This document shows positions 8,030 to 18,185 of a stretch of 40,188 nt of DNA, piece after piece. Source of the stretch: Candidatus Wolfebacteria bacterium RIFCSPLOWO2_01_FULL_38_11 (GTDB lineage: Bacteria > Patescibacteriota > Minisyncoccia > UBA6257 > UBA9933); NCBI GenBank assembly GCA_001793825.1, contig MGIQ01000001.1:1-40188 (forward strand). Reading direction: 5' to 3'. A program made the translations under genes and the position numbers. Within the stretch, counting starts at the first letter, position 1. Each line of letters begins with the position of its first letter. A model generated the notes under the pieces. The model did no database searches. It saw nothing but the letters and a program-made list of their open reading frames with translations, and had not been told where the DNA came from.

Positions 8030-10306
8030 ATGGATCAACCGTCTTTAAATTCCATCCCTAATCAAAATCCAACAGGGGAAACACAGGATAAAAATTGGCG
8101 TTTTCTATTTATAATTTTCGCAATTTTTCTTTTTACGATTTTTATTGCTGGCCTTTTTTGGATTTTTACCAAAAGCACGGCTTCGCCCATGGGTTTAGGG
8201 TGGTTTCTTTTTAGTTTTGCCGCCGGTCTTTCCATGATTGTTTTGCCCTGTACTCTCCCCTTAGCTTTTGTCATTGTTCCGCTTTCAATGGGCAAGGGGT
8301 ATGTTAAGGGTTTTATGGTGGCTTTGGCTTTTGGCCTGGGCGTTGCCATCACGCTTTCCACTTACGGCATATTAGCCGCCTTGCTTGGCAAAGCGTTTTT
8401 CGCATATGCTTCCGGAGGAGGAGAAATTATTAAAAATATTTTTTACGCCATTGCCGGCACCTTTGCCATTCTTTTTGCTTTAAGCGAGCTTAAGCTTATC
8501 AAGTTCCGTATTCCAAGTTATATGGGCGCGGCTCCGAAGTTTGTTGAACAAAAAAGCGATATTCTTAAAGCGCTTTTTTTAGGACTTTTTCTCGGCAATA
8601 TCGGAATTGGTTGTCCGCATCCGGCAACGCCGATTATTTTGGGACAAATTGGTTTGACTGCCGATGTTTTTTACGGCTGGCTTTTGTTTTTTGTTCACGC
8701 CATCGGCAGAATCATCCCTCTTCTGCTCCTTGCCATTTTGGGCATTCTAGGAGTCAACGCCACTCGTTCGCTTTTAAAACACAAAGAAAGCATTGCCAGA
8801 GCAACTGCTTGGGGTATGGTTTTTGTTGGCGCTTTTTTGTTCACGCTTGGATTTTTTAGCCACGATTGGTGGGTATATTCCGGCATGCACACTTTGCTTG
8901 AAGAAATAACCCAAGAAGAGCGGATGCTGGGTATTTTAAAAGGCAGATGGGAAAGCGCGGTTACTCATATCCACGGCATTCCGACCGGAACGGGATTTTT
9001 TGGCCTGCCTTTGTGGCTTGGTAATTGGGTATTTGTTTCAATGATGGTTTTGCCTTTGTGGGGATATTGGCTTTCTTTACGCAGAAAATTAAGCATTTTA
9101 GTTGAGCCGGAACAAGGCGTCTTAAAAAAAGAATTAAGATTAAAAAAATTCAAATATTCCATTTTAACGATTGTTTTTGCTTTAACTTTTATTTATATTT
9201 TGCCTCAGAGGTTTTTATCCCAGCAATTAGCGCATCAGCGCGAAGAAGCTGGCGATACGCATAAAATGGAGGCATTGGCCGTGGATGTTGGTGAAATCGG
9301 TAAGAGGGCCGATGATTTGCTTCAAACTATTTTCCGCAGAGAAAACGGAAAAGTAATAGTAGAATTAAAAACCGAGGAGATTGTTGCCGAGATTGCTCCG
9401 GGAGTCACTTATCAATATTGGACTTACAACGGCACTGTTCCCGGACCGTTTATTAAAGTTAAAGAAGGAGACACGATTGAAGTCCGGCTTACTCACATGG
9501 TCCATGATCATGCAAATATCGATCATTCTTTTAATATCAGCGCGTTTCCGATCAGTATCGCAAGTGCTGATGAAGATGGGCATAATACGGCTGCTTCCGA
9601 ACACGAAAAAGCCGGCCATGCCAAGCATTCTATTGACCTCCATGCCGTAGAAGGTCCCGGAGGAGGAGCGGTTTTGACGCAGACCGTAAGCGGTCAAACC
9701 ACGGCTTTTCAGTTTAAAGCTACGCGGCCGGGAATTTATGTCTATCATTGCGCCAGCCCTCATATTCCCACTCATGTTGCCAATGGAATGTACGGTTTGA
9801 TTTTGGTTGAGCCGAAAAATGGTTTGGCAAAAGTTGATAAAGAATTTTACGTGATGCAGGGAGAATTTTATACAAATGGAGTATTTGGAGAAAAGGGCCA
9901 TCAGGAATTCAGTTTGGAAAAAATGAAAAAAGAAGAGCCGGAATATTTTGTATTTAACGGCCGTGTTGGTTCGCTTTCCGGCACCCGGGCTTTGCGAGCC
10001 AAAGTCGGTGAAACCATCCGTCTTTATTTCGGAGTTGGTTCGCATATCGCTTCTAATTTTCATATTATCGGCGGTGTTTTGGACAAACTTTATCCTGAAG
10101 GCGACATTATTTCCGCGCCGCATCGCAATGTTCAAACAACAGTTGTGCCTCCAGGAGGCGCGATGATGGCGGAATTCAAATTGGAAGTTCCCGGCAAATA
10201 TTTATTGGTTGATCATAGCTTGTCGCGCGCCATTGACAAAGGAGCGATTGGAGAAATTATTGTCGAAGGAGAAGAAAATCCGGAAATTTTTAAAAAAATA
10301 GAATAA
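8030..10306 (+). CDS. nirK: Fusion: CcdA/DsbD-like TM domain plus copper-containing nitrite reductase (NirK/AniA type)
   Basis: N-half: ~9 TM with LPCTLP and GCPHP cysteines; C-half: WTYNGTVPGP, HSIDLHA, YHCA...H...GMYG, FHIIG, LVDH. Confidence 0.88.
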   Translation: MDQPSLNSIPNQNPTGETQDKNWRFLFIIFAIFLFTIFIAGLFWIFTKSTASPMGLGWFLFSFAAGLSMIVLPCTLPLAFVIVPLSMGKGYVKGFMVALAFGLGVAITLSTYGILAALLGKAFFAYASGGGEIIKNIFYAIAGTFAILFALSELKLIKFRIPSYMGAAPKFVEQKSDILKALFLGLFLGNIGIGCPHPATPIILGQIGLTADVFYGWLLFFVHAIGRIIPLLLLAILGILGVNATRSLLKHKESIARATAWGMVFVGAFLFTLGFFSHDWWVYSGMHTLLEEITQEERMLGILKGRWESAVTHIHGIPTGTGFFGLPLWLGNWVFVSMMVLPLWGYWLSLRRKLSILVEPEQGVLKKELRLKKFKYSILTIVFALTFIYILPQRFLSQQLAHQREEAGDTHKMEALAVDVGEIGKRADDLLQTIFRRENGKVIVELKTEEIVAEIAPGVTYQYWTYNGTVPGPFIKVKEGDTIEVRLTHMVHDHANIDHSFNISAFPISIASADEDGHNTAASEHEKAGHAKHSIDLHAVEGPGGGAVLTQTVSGQTTAFQFKATRPGIYVYHCASPHIPTHVANGMYGLILVEPKNGLAKVDKEFYVMQGEFYTNGVFGEKGHQEFSLEKMKKEEPEYFVFNGRVGSLSGTRALRAKVGETIRLYFGVGSHIASNFHIIGGVLDKLYPEGDIISAPHRNVQTTVVPPGGAMMAEFKLEVPGKYLLVDHSLSRAIDKGAIGEIIVEGEENPEIFKKIE

Positions 10307-10311
10307 TTCCT

Positions 10312-10590
10312 ATGGATAAAAAAATTTTTCTTGAAATTTTGTCGTCGCCGGGATGTTATCATTGCGCTGAATTTAAAAAATATTGGGAAAGCGTTAAAAA
10401 TCAGTTTGCCGACGTGGAAATGCGCGATATTGATTTAACTAGCGATAAAGGGCAGGAAATGGCTCAGAAATATATGATTTTTTCTTCGCCCGGCATTATA
10501 ATCAATGGAGAGCTATTTGCTACGGGCGGAGTCAATAAAGAAAAATTTGAAGCAAAATTAAAAGAATTGTCCGCACCTAAGCAAACATGA
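10312..10590 (+). CDS. Small thioredoxin/glutaredoxin-fold protein
   Basis: CYHC active site; SPGIIING cis-Pro region. Confidence 0.85.
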   Translation: MDKKIFLEILSSPGCYHCAEFKKYWESVKNQFADVEMRDIDLTSDKGQEMAQKYMIFSSPGIIINGELFATGGVNKEKFEAKLKELSAPKQT

Positions 10591-10623
10591 AAAAGGTCGT
10601 AATAAATATCGAACTAATTTAAT

Positions 10624-11106
10624 ATGCTAAAAATATTTTCAACACTGATTTTTGCAATTTTATTATCAAGCGGTTTTGCATCCGCAGTTTCTGCTCATGG
10701 CGGCGAAGCGGATGGGCACAGCGGAACAATGATGAAAATGGATGATATGATGTCGGAAATGATGGGAGAAAATAAAGCAATCAATTGCGCGGCAATGGAC
10801 TCCGCTGAATTAATTGAAGAAGGAGAGGATTTGATGTCAAAAATGATGGCTGGCGATGAGGCAAAGCACGAGAGTATGGAAGAATCAATGGAAGAAATTG
10901 CTGGTATGGAATTTCATGATATGATGCATTTAATGATGGGGCGGGTGGCCAGCGGATGTCTTACTGATGAACAGCAAAAAGCCGTGGCATCAAAATTAAC
11001 AGTAGTTGCGCCGCAAAGAACCAATCAGACGCTGCCTCTTGTAACCGGTCTTGCAATAGGATTGATTGTTGGATTGGTCGGAATGTCGTTTTTCCGAAAA
11101 TCTTAA
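10624..11106 (+). CDS. Met/His-rich exported, C-terminally anchored protein (putative Cu-binding)
   Basis: Signal peptide ending VSA-HGG; many Met; C-terminal TM helix; copper-gene context. Confidence 0.65.
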   Translation: MLKIFSTLIFAILLSSGFASAVSAHGGEADGHSGTMMKMDDMMSEMMGENKAINCAAMDSAELIEEGEDLMSKMMAGDEAKHESMEESMEEIAGMEFHDMMHLMMGRVASGCLTDEQQKAVASKLTVVAPQRTNQTLPLVTGLAIGLIVGLVGMSFFRKS

Positions 11107-11137
11107 TTTAAGGACGTACGGCGTCCTCATAATTGGA

Positions 11138-11530
11138 TTAATCAACGACAATGAAGTGGCCGGTTTGTTCAAAATGCCCTTCACCGCAAGGGACCGAACA
11201 ATAAAAGACAAACTCGCCTTTCTTTGAAGCAACAAATTCAATAATAGTTTCCTGTTTTGGAAAGAGTCGCTTGTTGACGCCGAAGACCTCAATGGCAAAA
11301 CCATGGTCATAAGGATCGTCGTTATAAATTTTCAATCTGACAGTATCGCCGGCTTTAACAGTAATTAAAGTGGGATCCCATTTATTTTTGGCCGCTGTCA
11401 TATTTATTTCCACTACATTGCCGGTCGCTTTAATGGGGGCGACCTCCGGCGCCCGGAAATAAATTTGATAAACAACACCGCCGGAAATAAGAACCGCGGC
11501 AAAGATAATTATGATAATAAATTTATTCAT
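11138..11530 (-). CDS. Membrane-anchored cupredoxin (CuA-like motif)
   Basis: N-terminal TM; DHGF and FYCSVPCGEGHFEQ. Confidence 0.85.
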   Translation of the reverse strand: MNKFIIIIIFAAVLISGGVVYQIYFRAPEVAPIKATGNVVEINMTAAKNKWDPTLITVKAGDTVRLKIYNDDPYDHGFAIEVFGVNKRLFPKQETIIEFVASKKGEFVFYCSVPCGEGHFEQTGHFIVVD

Positions 11531-11564
11531 ATTATAATCATATTATATTAAATTAGCATTTAAT

Positions 11565-13973
11565 ATGCAGGAAAGAAAAATTTTTAAAATCAGAGGTATG
11601 CATTGCGCGGCTTGCGCCAACCTCATTAATAAATTTTTGATTAAGCAAAAGGGTGTTTTGGAAGCCAACGCTAATTTCGGGTCGGAATCCTTAAACGTGT
11701 TTTACGACGATTCACTGATAAATCCCCAACAGATGGACGTCGTGCTCAAAAAACTTGGCTATGGTCTTATTTTATCAGAAGAAGAGGGTAAAAGCGAAGA
11801 ATTGGCAGAGGCCGAAAGACAAAAAGAAATTCAAGGTCTAAAAAAGAGGGCTATTGTCAGTTTCATTCTTGCTTCACCTATAATTTTTTATTATATGACC
11901 GTGCATATGTTTAATCTGCAGCATATTCACGCTTTTTGCGTCAGCGGCGGGGGACTAGTGGCGGGGCTTGCGAGCGGTTGTTCTGGCGGCTGGCTTTTGG
12001 ATTTTAATTGGATATTTTTTGCAATGACGACTCCTATTCAGCTCGGCGTTGGCTGGATTTTTTATCGCAATGCTTGGACGGCTATAAGAGTCGGTTCTGC
12101 TTCAATGGATGTTTTGGTTGTTTTAGGCACAAGCGCGGCTTATCTCATCTCGGTTTTCGGATTCATTTTTTCTGATTTTGAATTTTTACATAGATATTGG
12201 GGCGGTCTTGATCATCCTTTTTGGGAATCTTCAGCCGCTTTGGTTTCTTTTATTATCCTCGGGCGTTATTTTGAAGCGCGTTCCAAAGGACGGGTGACAT
12301 CTGCCATCAGAAAATTGATGAATTTGGCGCCGAAAATGGCAGTCATTGTCAATGACGGCAAAGAAATGGAAATTCCCATAAGTGAACTTAAAATCGGCGA
12401 TGTTTTTCTGGTAAAACCGGGCGCTAATGTACCGACTGATGGCGTTATTTTGGAAGGAAAATCTTCAATTGACGAAAAAGTGGTAACTGGCGAATCAATG
12501 CCTGTTGGAAAAGATGTCGGCGACGAAGTCATCGGCGCTACTACTAACACTTACGGTCTGCTAAAATGCCGTGCAAACAAAGTTGGCCGAGACACCTTGC
12601 TTTTCCAGATTATTAAAATGGTGCGCGAGGCGCAATCTTCAAAAGCCAGTATCCAAGATGTCGCCGATAGAGTTTCGGAAAAATTTGTGCCTGCCGTGGT
12701 TGTTTTTGCGTTTTTGGTTTTTGCTCTTTGGTATTTTGTGCTTGGTTATCCAGTTGTTTCTTCCTTGCTTTTCATGATTGCCGTACTGGTTATTTCTTGT
12801 CCCTGCGCTTTGGGTTTGGCAACGCCGACCGCTTTGATGGTTGGCACGGCCAGAGGGGCGCAATCGGGAATTTTAATCAAAGGCGGCAAAGCGCTTGAAG
12901 GCGCTTATAAGATAAACAGCGTCGCCTTTGACAAAACCGGCACTTTGACAAAAGGCGAGCCGTCGGTAACCGATGTTATTGCAGTAGCCGATCTTTCAAA
13001 AGAAGAAGTTATAAAAATCGCCGCTATTGCCGAACGCGGCTCGGAACATCCTTTAGCTCAAGCTATTGTTAAAGCCGCTGGCAAGGTTCCGGAGCCGAAA
13101 AATTTTTCCGCTTTGGCCGGACGCGGCATCAAAGCCGACTACAATAAAAAAACGATTTTAGTCGGCAATGAACAATTAATGCTGGAAAATAAGATTGACA
13201 TCTCTCCTTATCAAAAAGATTTTGAATCTCTTCAGAATCAGGCAAAGACCGTGGTTTTTGTCTCTTATGGCGCTAAGATGATCGGTATTTTGGCTTTAGC
13301 CGATACTTTAAAGGATTATGCCAAAGAGGCAATTGCCGAATTGAAGAAAATGAAGAAGGAGGTCATTATGATTACCGGAGATAATGAAAAAACCGCCAAA
13401 GCCATTGCTCAGAATCTCGGCATCGATACTTTTTATGCCAAGGTTTTGCCGGAAAAAAAGGAAGAATTGATTTCAAATATTCAGAAAAAAGGCAAAGTTG
13501 TGGCAATGGTTGGCGACGGCATCAATGACGCGCCGGCTTTAGCTAAAGCTGATTTGGGTATTGCCGTTGGTTCCGGCACTGATGTTGCCATTGAAACCGG
13601 AGATATCATTCTTATTAAAGACGACATCCGCGACGTGGTAACAGCCATTGATTTGTCAAAGAGAACTATTCGCAAAATTTGGGAGAATTTCTTCTGGGCT
13701 TTTATATACAATATTGTCGCCATTCCAATAGCCGCCGGCATTCATTTATTTATTACTCAAACAGCCGGCGATCCGGCGCCTTGGGTGGTTACAGGGGCGG
13801 CTTTTTTAGGAGGAATTGCCGGTAAAGTATTTTTGAATCTCTCTCAATCTTCGCTCAGGCCGGAAATCGCCGGCTTTGCCATGGCGTTTTCCTCCGTATC
13901 AGTGGTGATGAATTCTCTTTTGCTTAACCGTTATAAAGAACCAAAATTTGCGCGACAGACAAAAGATAAGTAA
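11565..13973 (+). CDS. copA: Cu(I)-translocating P1B-type ATPase
   Basis: GMHCAAC metal-binding domain, TGES, CPC, DKTGT, HP, GDGINDAP, YN, MAFSS. Confidence 0.95.
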   Translation: MQERKIFKIRGMHCAACANLINKFLIKQKGVLEANANFGSESLNVFYDDSLINPQQMDVVLKKLGYGLILSEEEGKSEELAEAERQKEIQGLKKRAIVSFILASPIIFYYMTVHMFNLQHIHAFCVSGGGLVAGLASGCSGGWLLDFNWIFFAMTTPIQLGVGWIFYRNAWTAIRVGSASMDVLVVLGTSAAYLISVFGFIFSDFEFLHRYWGGLDHPFWESSAALVSFIILGRYFEARSKGRVTSAIRKLMNLAPKMAVIVNDGKEMEIPISELKIGDVFLVKPGANVPTDGVILEGKSSIDEKVVTGESMPVGKDVGDEVIGATTNTYGLLKCRANKVGRDTLLFQIIKMVREAQSSKASIQDVADRVSEKFVPAVVVFAFLVFALWYFVLGYPVVSSLLFMIAVLVISCPCALGLATPTALMVGTARGAQSGILIKGGKALEGAYKINSVAFDKTGTLTKGEPSVTDVIAVADLSKEEVIKIAAIAERGSEHPLAQAIVKAAGKVPEPKNFSALAGRGIKADYNKKTILVGNEQLMLENKIDISPYQKDFESLQNQAKTVVFVSYGAKMIGILALADTLKDYAKEAIAELKKMKKEVIMITGDNEKTAKAIAQNLGIDTFYAKVLPEKKEELISNIQKKGKVVAMVGDGINDAPALAKADLGIAVGSGTDVAIETGDIILIKDDIRDVVTAIDLSKRTIRKIWENFFWAFIYNIVAIPIAAGIHLFITQTAGDPAPWVVTGAAFLGGIAGKVFLNLSQSSLRPEIAGFAMAFSSVSVVMNSLLLNRYKEPKFARQTKDK

Positions 13974-13982
13974 AATAATACA

Positions 13983-14198
13983 ATGATTAAGAAAAATTAT
14001 AACATTGAAGGCATGCATTGCGGCGCTTGCTCTACCGGCATCGAAATGTTTCTTTCAAACACCGAAGGCGTTAAATCAGCCAAGGTCAGCTATGAATCCA
14101 AGAAAGCCGAAGTTGAATATGACGAAAGCAGACTTAAAGATGGAGATATAATAAAAACCATCGAAGAAGCCGGTTTTAAAGCGTCTCCGGTTGCCTGA
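13983..14198 (+). CDS. copZ: Copper chaperone (HMA domain)
   Basis: GMHCGAC; 71 aa; follows copA. Confidence 0.9.
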   Translation: MIKKNYNIEGMHCGACSTGIEMFLSNTEGVKSAKVSYESKKAEVEYDESRLKDGDIIKTIEEAGFKASPVA

Positions 14199-14232
14199 TA
14201 TAAAAAACGCGCCATTTTTTAAAGTTTGAGCT

Positions 14233-15285
14233 ATGGAGATAATTTTTTTATCGCTGATTTTAATAATTCTTATAGCCGGAATTGCCGGCCTTTTTATTCT
14301 TTTTAAAAAAAGGTTTGAAGGCACAGAGACCGGCGGTCAGTCCCTGCTTTTGCTTCAAAATCAGATTCAGGAAATTTCTCGGGTGCTTGACTCGAAGTTG
14401 GAGCATTCAACTCGCATAATGCAAAGCCAATTCGGCGAAAGCGCGAGAATTATCAAAGAAATCACTCAAGAGCTTACCAAAGTCGGCGAAGGCCAGAAAC
14501 AAGTGGTTGACCTTGCCAAGCAATTGGAGAATCTTCAGGACATTTTGAAAAATCCAAAGCAGCGCGGGGTAGTTGGCGAATATTATTTGAAAACCGTTTT
14601 GGAAAATGTCTTGCCTCCCAATGGCTTCCAAATGCAATACGAATTTAAAGATGGCACTATTGTTGACGCCGCGATTTTTGTCAAAGATAAAATTATTCCA
14701 GTTGATTCCAAGTTCTCTTTGGAAAATTATAATCGTTTGATTGAAACTCGCGATGAATCCGAAAGGCAAAGATTGGAAAGTGCTTTTTATAACGACTTAA
14801 AAGCCCGAATTGATGAGACATCGAAATACGTCAAGCCCGGCGAAGGCACAATGGAATTTGCTTTTATGTTTATTCCGTCCGAGGCAATTTATTATGATTT
14901 GCTAATTAATAAGGTTGGAGCCGTTAAAGCCGCTACTCGCGACTTGATCCAATATGCAGCGGGAGAGAAAAAAGTTTTAATTGTCAGTCCGACAACCTTT
15001 TTGGCGTATCTTCAAACAGTGCTTCAGGGATTAAAAGCGCTTCAGATTGAAGAATCAGCCAAAGAAATCAGAAAAAGAGTTGAAGAACTCGGTCGTCATC
15101 TTTTGACGGTAGATGAATATATGCAAAAATTAGGCGGCCATCTTGGAACAACAGTTAATATGTACAATAAAACTTACAAAGAGCTTGGCAAGGTTGATAA
15201 AGACGTTTTAAAAATTTCCGGCGTTGCCGCTGGCGTTGAACCAATAGTTATTGGAAAACCGGATAATAACGAAGAGGGGGATTGA
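14233..15285 (+). CDS. rmuC: DNA recombination protein RmuC
   Basis: TM plus coiled coil; K.RG..GE..L, DSKF.LENY, MFIPSEA, VSPTT. Confidence 0.93.
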   Translation: MEIIFLSLILIILIAGIAGLFILFKKRFEGTETGGQSLLLLQNQIQEISRVLDSKLEHSTRIMQSQFGESARIIKEITQELTKVGEGQKQVVDLAKQLENLQDILKNPKQRGVVGEYYLKTVLENVLPPNGFQMQYEFKDGTIVDAAIFVKDKIIPVDSKFSLENYNRLIETRDESERQRLESAFYNDLKARIDETSKYVKPGEGTMEFAFMFIPSEAIYYDLLINKVGAVKAATRDLIQYAAGEKKVLIVSPTTFLAYLQTVLQGLKALQIEESAKEIRKRVEELGRHLLTVDEYMQKLGGHLGTTVNMYNKTYKELGKVDKDVLKISGVAAGVEPIVIGKPDNNEEGD

Positions 15286-15405
15286 CAATTGCCCATTTCT
15301 TTAATATTTTATTATTACTTGAACTTAATTCTTAAGTGAAAAGGTCGCACTTTCAAACTTTTCAAAAGCGCGGAAATCAATGAATTTCCACGCAAATTTA
15401 TTTTT

Positions 15406-15676
15406 ATGAATATTAAGCCATTGTCCAATCATTTATTTATTGAAGCAGTTGAATTAGAAAAAACAACCGCTTCTGGCATTGTTCTTCCGGAAACCGCGGA
15501 AAAAGAAAAACCAATCAAAGGCAAAGTTATTGCCACTGGACCGGGAAAAATTAATGAAAAAGGCGAACGCCTTCCAATGTCGGTAAAGGTTGGAGACCTA
15601 GTTCTCTTTAAAAAATACGGCCCCGATGAAATTGAAATTGAAGGAAAAAAATATTTAGTCGGGGACGAAGACGATA

Positions 15677-15696
<20 letters not shown>
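15406..15696 (+). CDS. groES: Co-chaperonin GroES
   Basis: IKPL, TASGIVLP, GPG, VKVGD.V, DILAI. Confidence 0.98.
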
Positions 15697-17439
<1,743 letters not shown>

Positions 17440-17448
17440 TCAGCTCTT

Positions 17449-17480
17449 TAGCTTAGTAGCTTGTTAGCTAGTTAGCTTGT
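17449..17480. repeat. 4 x 8-nt tandem repeat (TAGCTTGT-like)
   Basis: TAGCTTAG TAGCTTGT TAGCTAGT TAGCTTGT. Confidence 0.8.
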
Positions 17481-17510
17481 AAAAAATTCCGCGGAACCGC
17501 GGAATTTTTT
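17481..17510 (+). terminator. Intrinsic terminator of groESL
   Basis: AAAAAATTCCGCGG-aa-CCGCGGAATTTTTT. Confidence 0.85.
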
Positions 17511-17583
17511 ATATTTGACATTTCACGAAATTTTAATAATTATGAATCAGTTCCGAAAATCAAACAAATAAGGAGAGAAGCCT

Positions 17584-18108
17584 ATGATTCCGAAAGTGCC
17601 GAAGAATTACGAAGAGTTTGACAGGCTGTTGGAAGCTGTTGGAAAGAACATTGCCGTAGTCGAGGAGCTTAACAGAGAACTTGACCGGATTGGCCTGGGA
17701 ATAAGAAAACGAATCAAGAATCTTAAGGAAAAGATAATAAGCGAAGCGGAAAATGTTCTGGTTTTTTCAGAAATCTACCGGCAAGAATTAACAGAAAAAG
17801 GAAAGCACAAAACTTCCAAGAGGCCGTCAAGCGAACTGGGTTGGCGCAAAACTCCGCCTGCTGTTCAAATTAAGAATCTCAACTATGTTGTTGAGCAGCT
17901 GAAGAAAATCGGCCTCAGTGATTTTATAATAACAAAAGAACAGCCCGACAAAAGGATGATTTTGAAAAATCCTGAAGTCATCGAAAAACTTAAAGGCGTG
18001 AAAATTTCCAAAGGCGCGGAAATGTTCTTTGTCAGGCCAAGAGGCGCTTCCACCGAAATTATCATTGTTAAAGGCACGACAAAATTCCAAGCAATAAGAA
18101 AGAAGTAG
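17584..18108 (+). CDS. Mu Gam-like host-nuclease inhibitor family protein
   Basis: Coiled-coil N-half, then ELT..GK.KT...S.ELGWRK.PPAV, FI.TKE..DK, GV.I...E.F..P typical of Mu Gam; SD AAGGAG. Confidence 0.8.
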   Translation: MIPKVPKNYEEFDRLLEAVGKNIAVVEELNRELDRIGLGIRKRIKNLKEKIISEAENVLVFSEIYRQELTEKGKHKTSKRPSSELGWRKTPPAVQIKNLNYVVEQLKKIGLSDFIITKEQPDKRMILKNPEVIEKLKGVKISKGAEMFFVRPRGASTEIIIVKGTTKFQAIRKK

Positions 18109-18130
18109 TTTCAAATGCTTATATATTTAT

Positions 18131-18154
18131 AGCCCCTTTTTAAGGGGCTTTTTT
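18131..18154 (+). terminator. Intrinsic terminator
   Basis: AGCCCCTT-ttt-AAGGGGCT followed by T run. Confidence 0.8.
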
Positions 18155-18185
18155 ATTTTTTATCTAAAAATGCATAATTATAAAA

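Noticed and set aside
9365-10135. 256-aa antisense ORF and the other short ORFs overlapping long genes
   Set aside because: They lie opposite to or within well-supported genes and have no motifs; codon-bias shadows.
15286-15405. CIRCE operator upstream of groES
   Set aside because: No TTAGCACTC-N9-GAGTGCTAA match.
17584-18108. Mu-like prophage
   Set aside because: No transposase, structural or other phage genes flank the Gam-like ORF.
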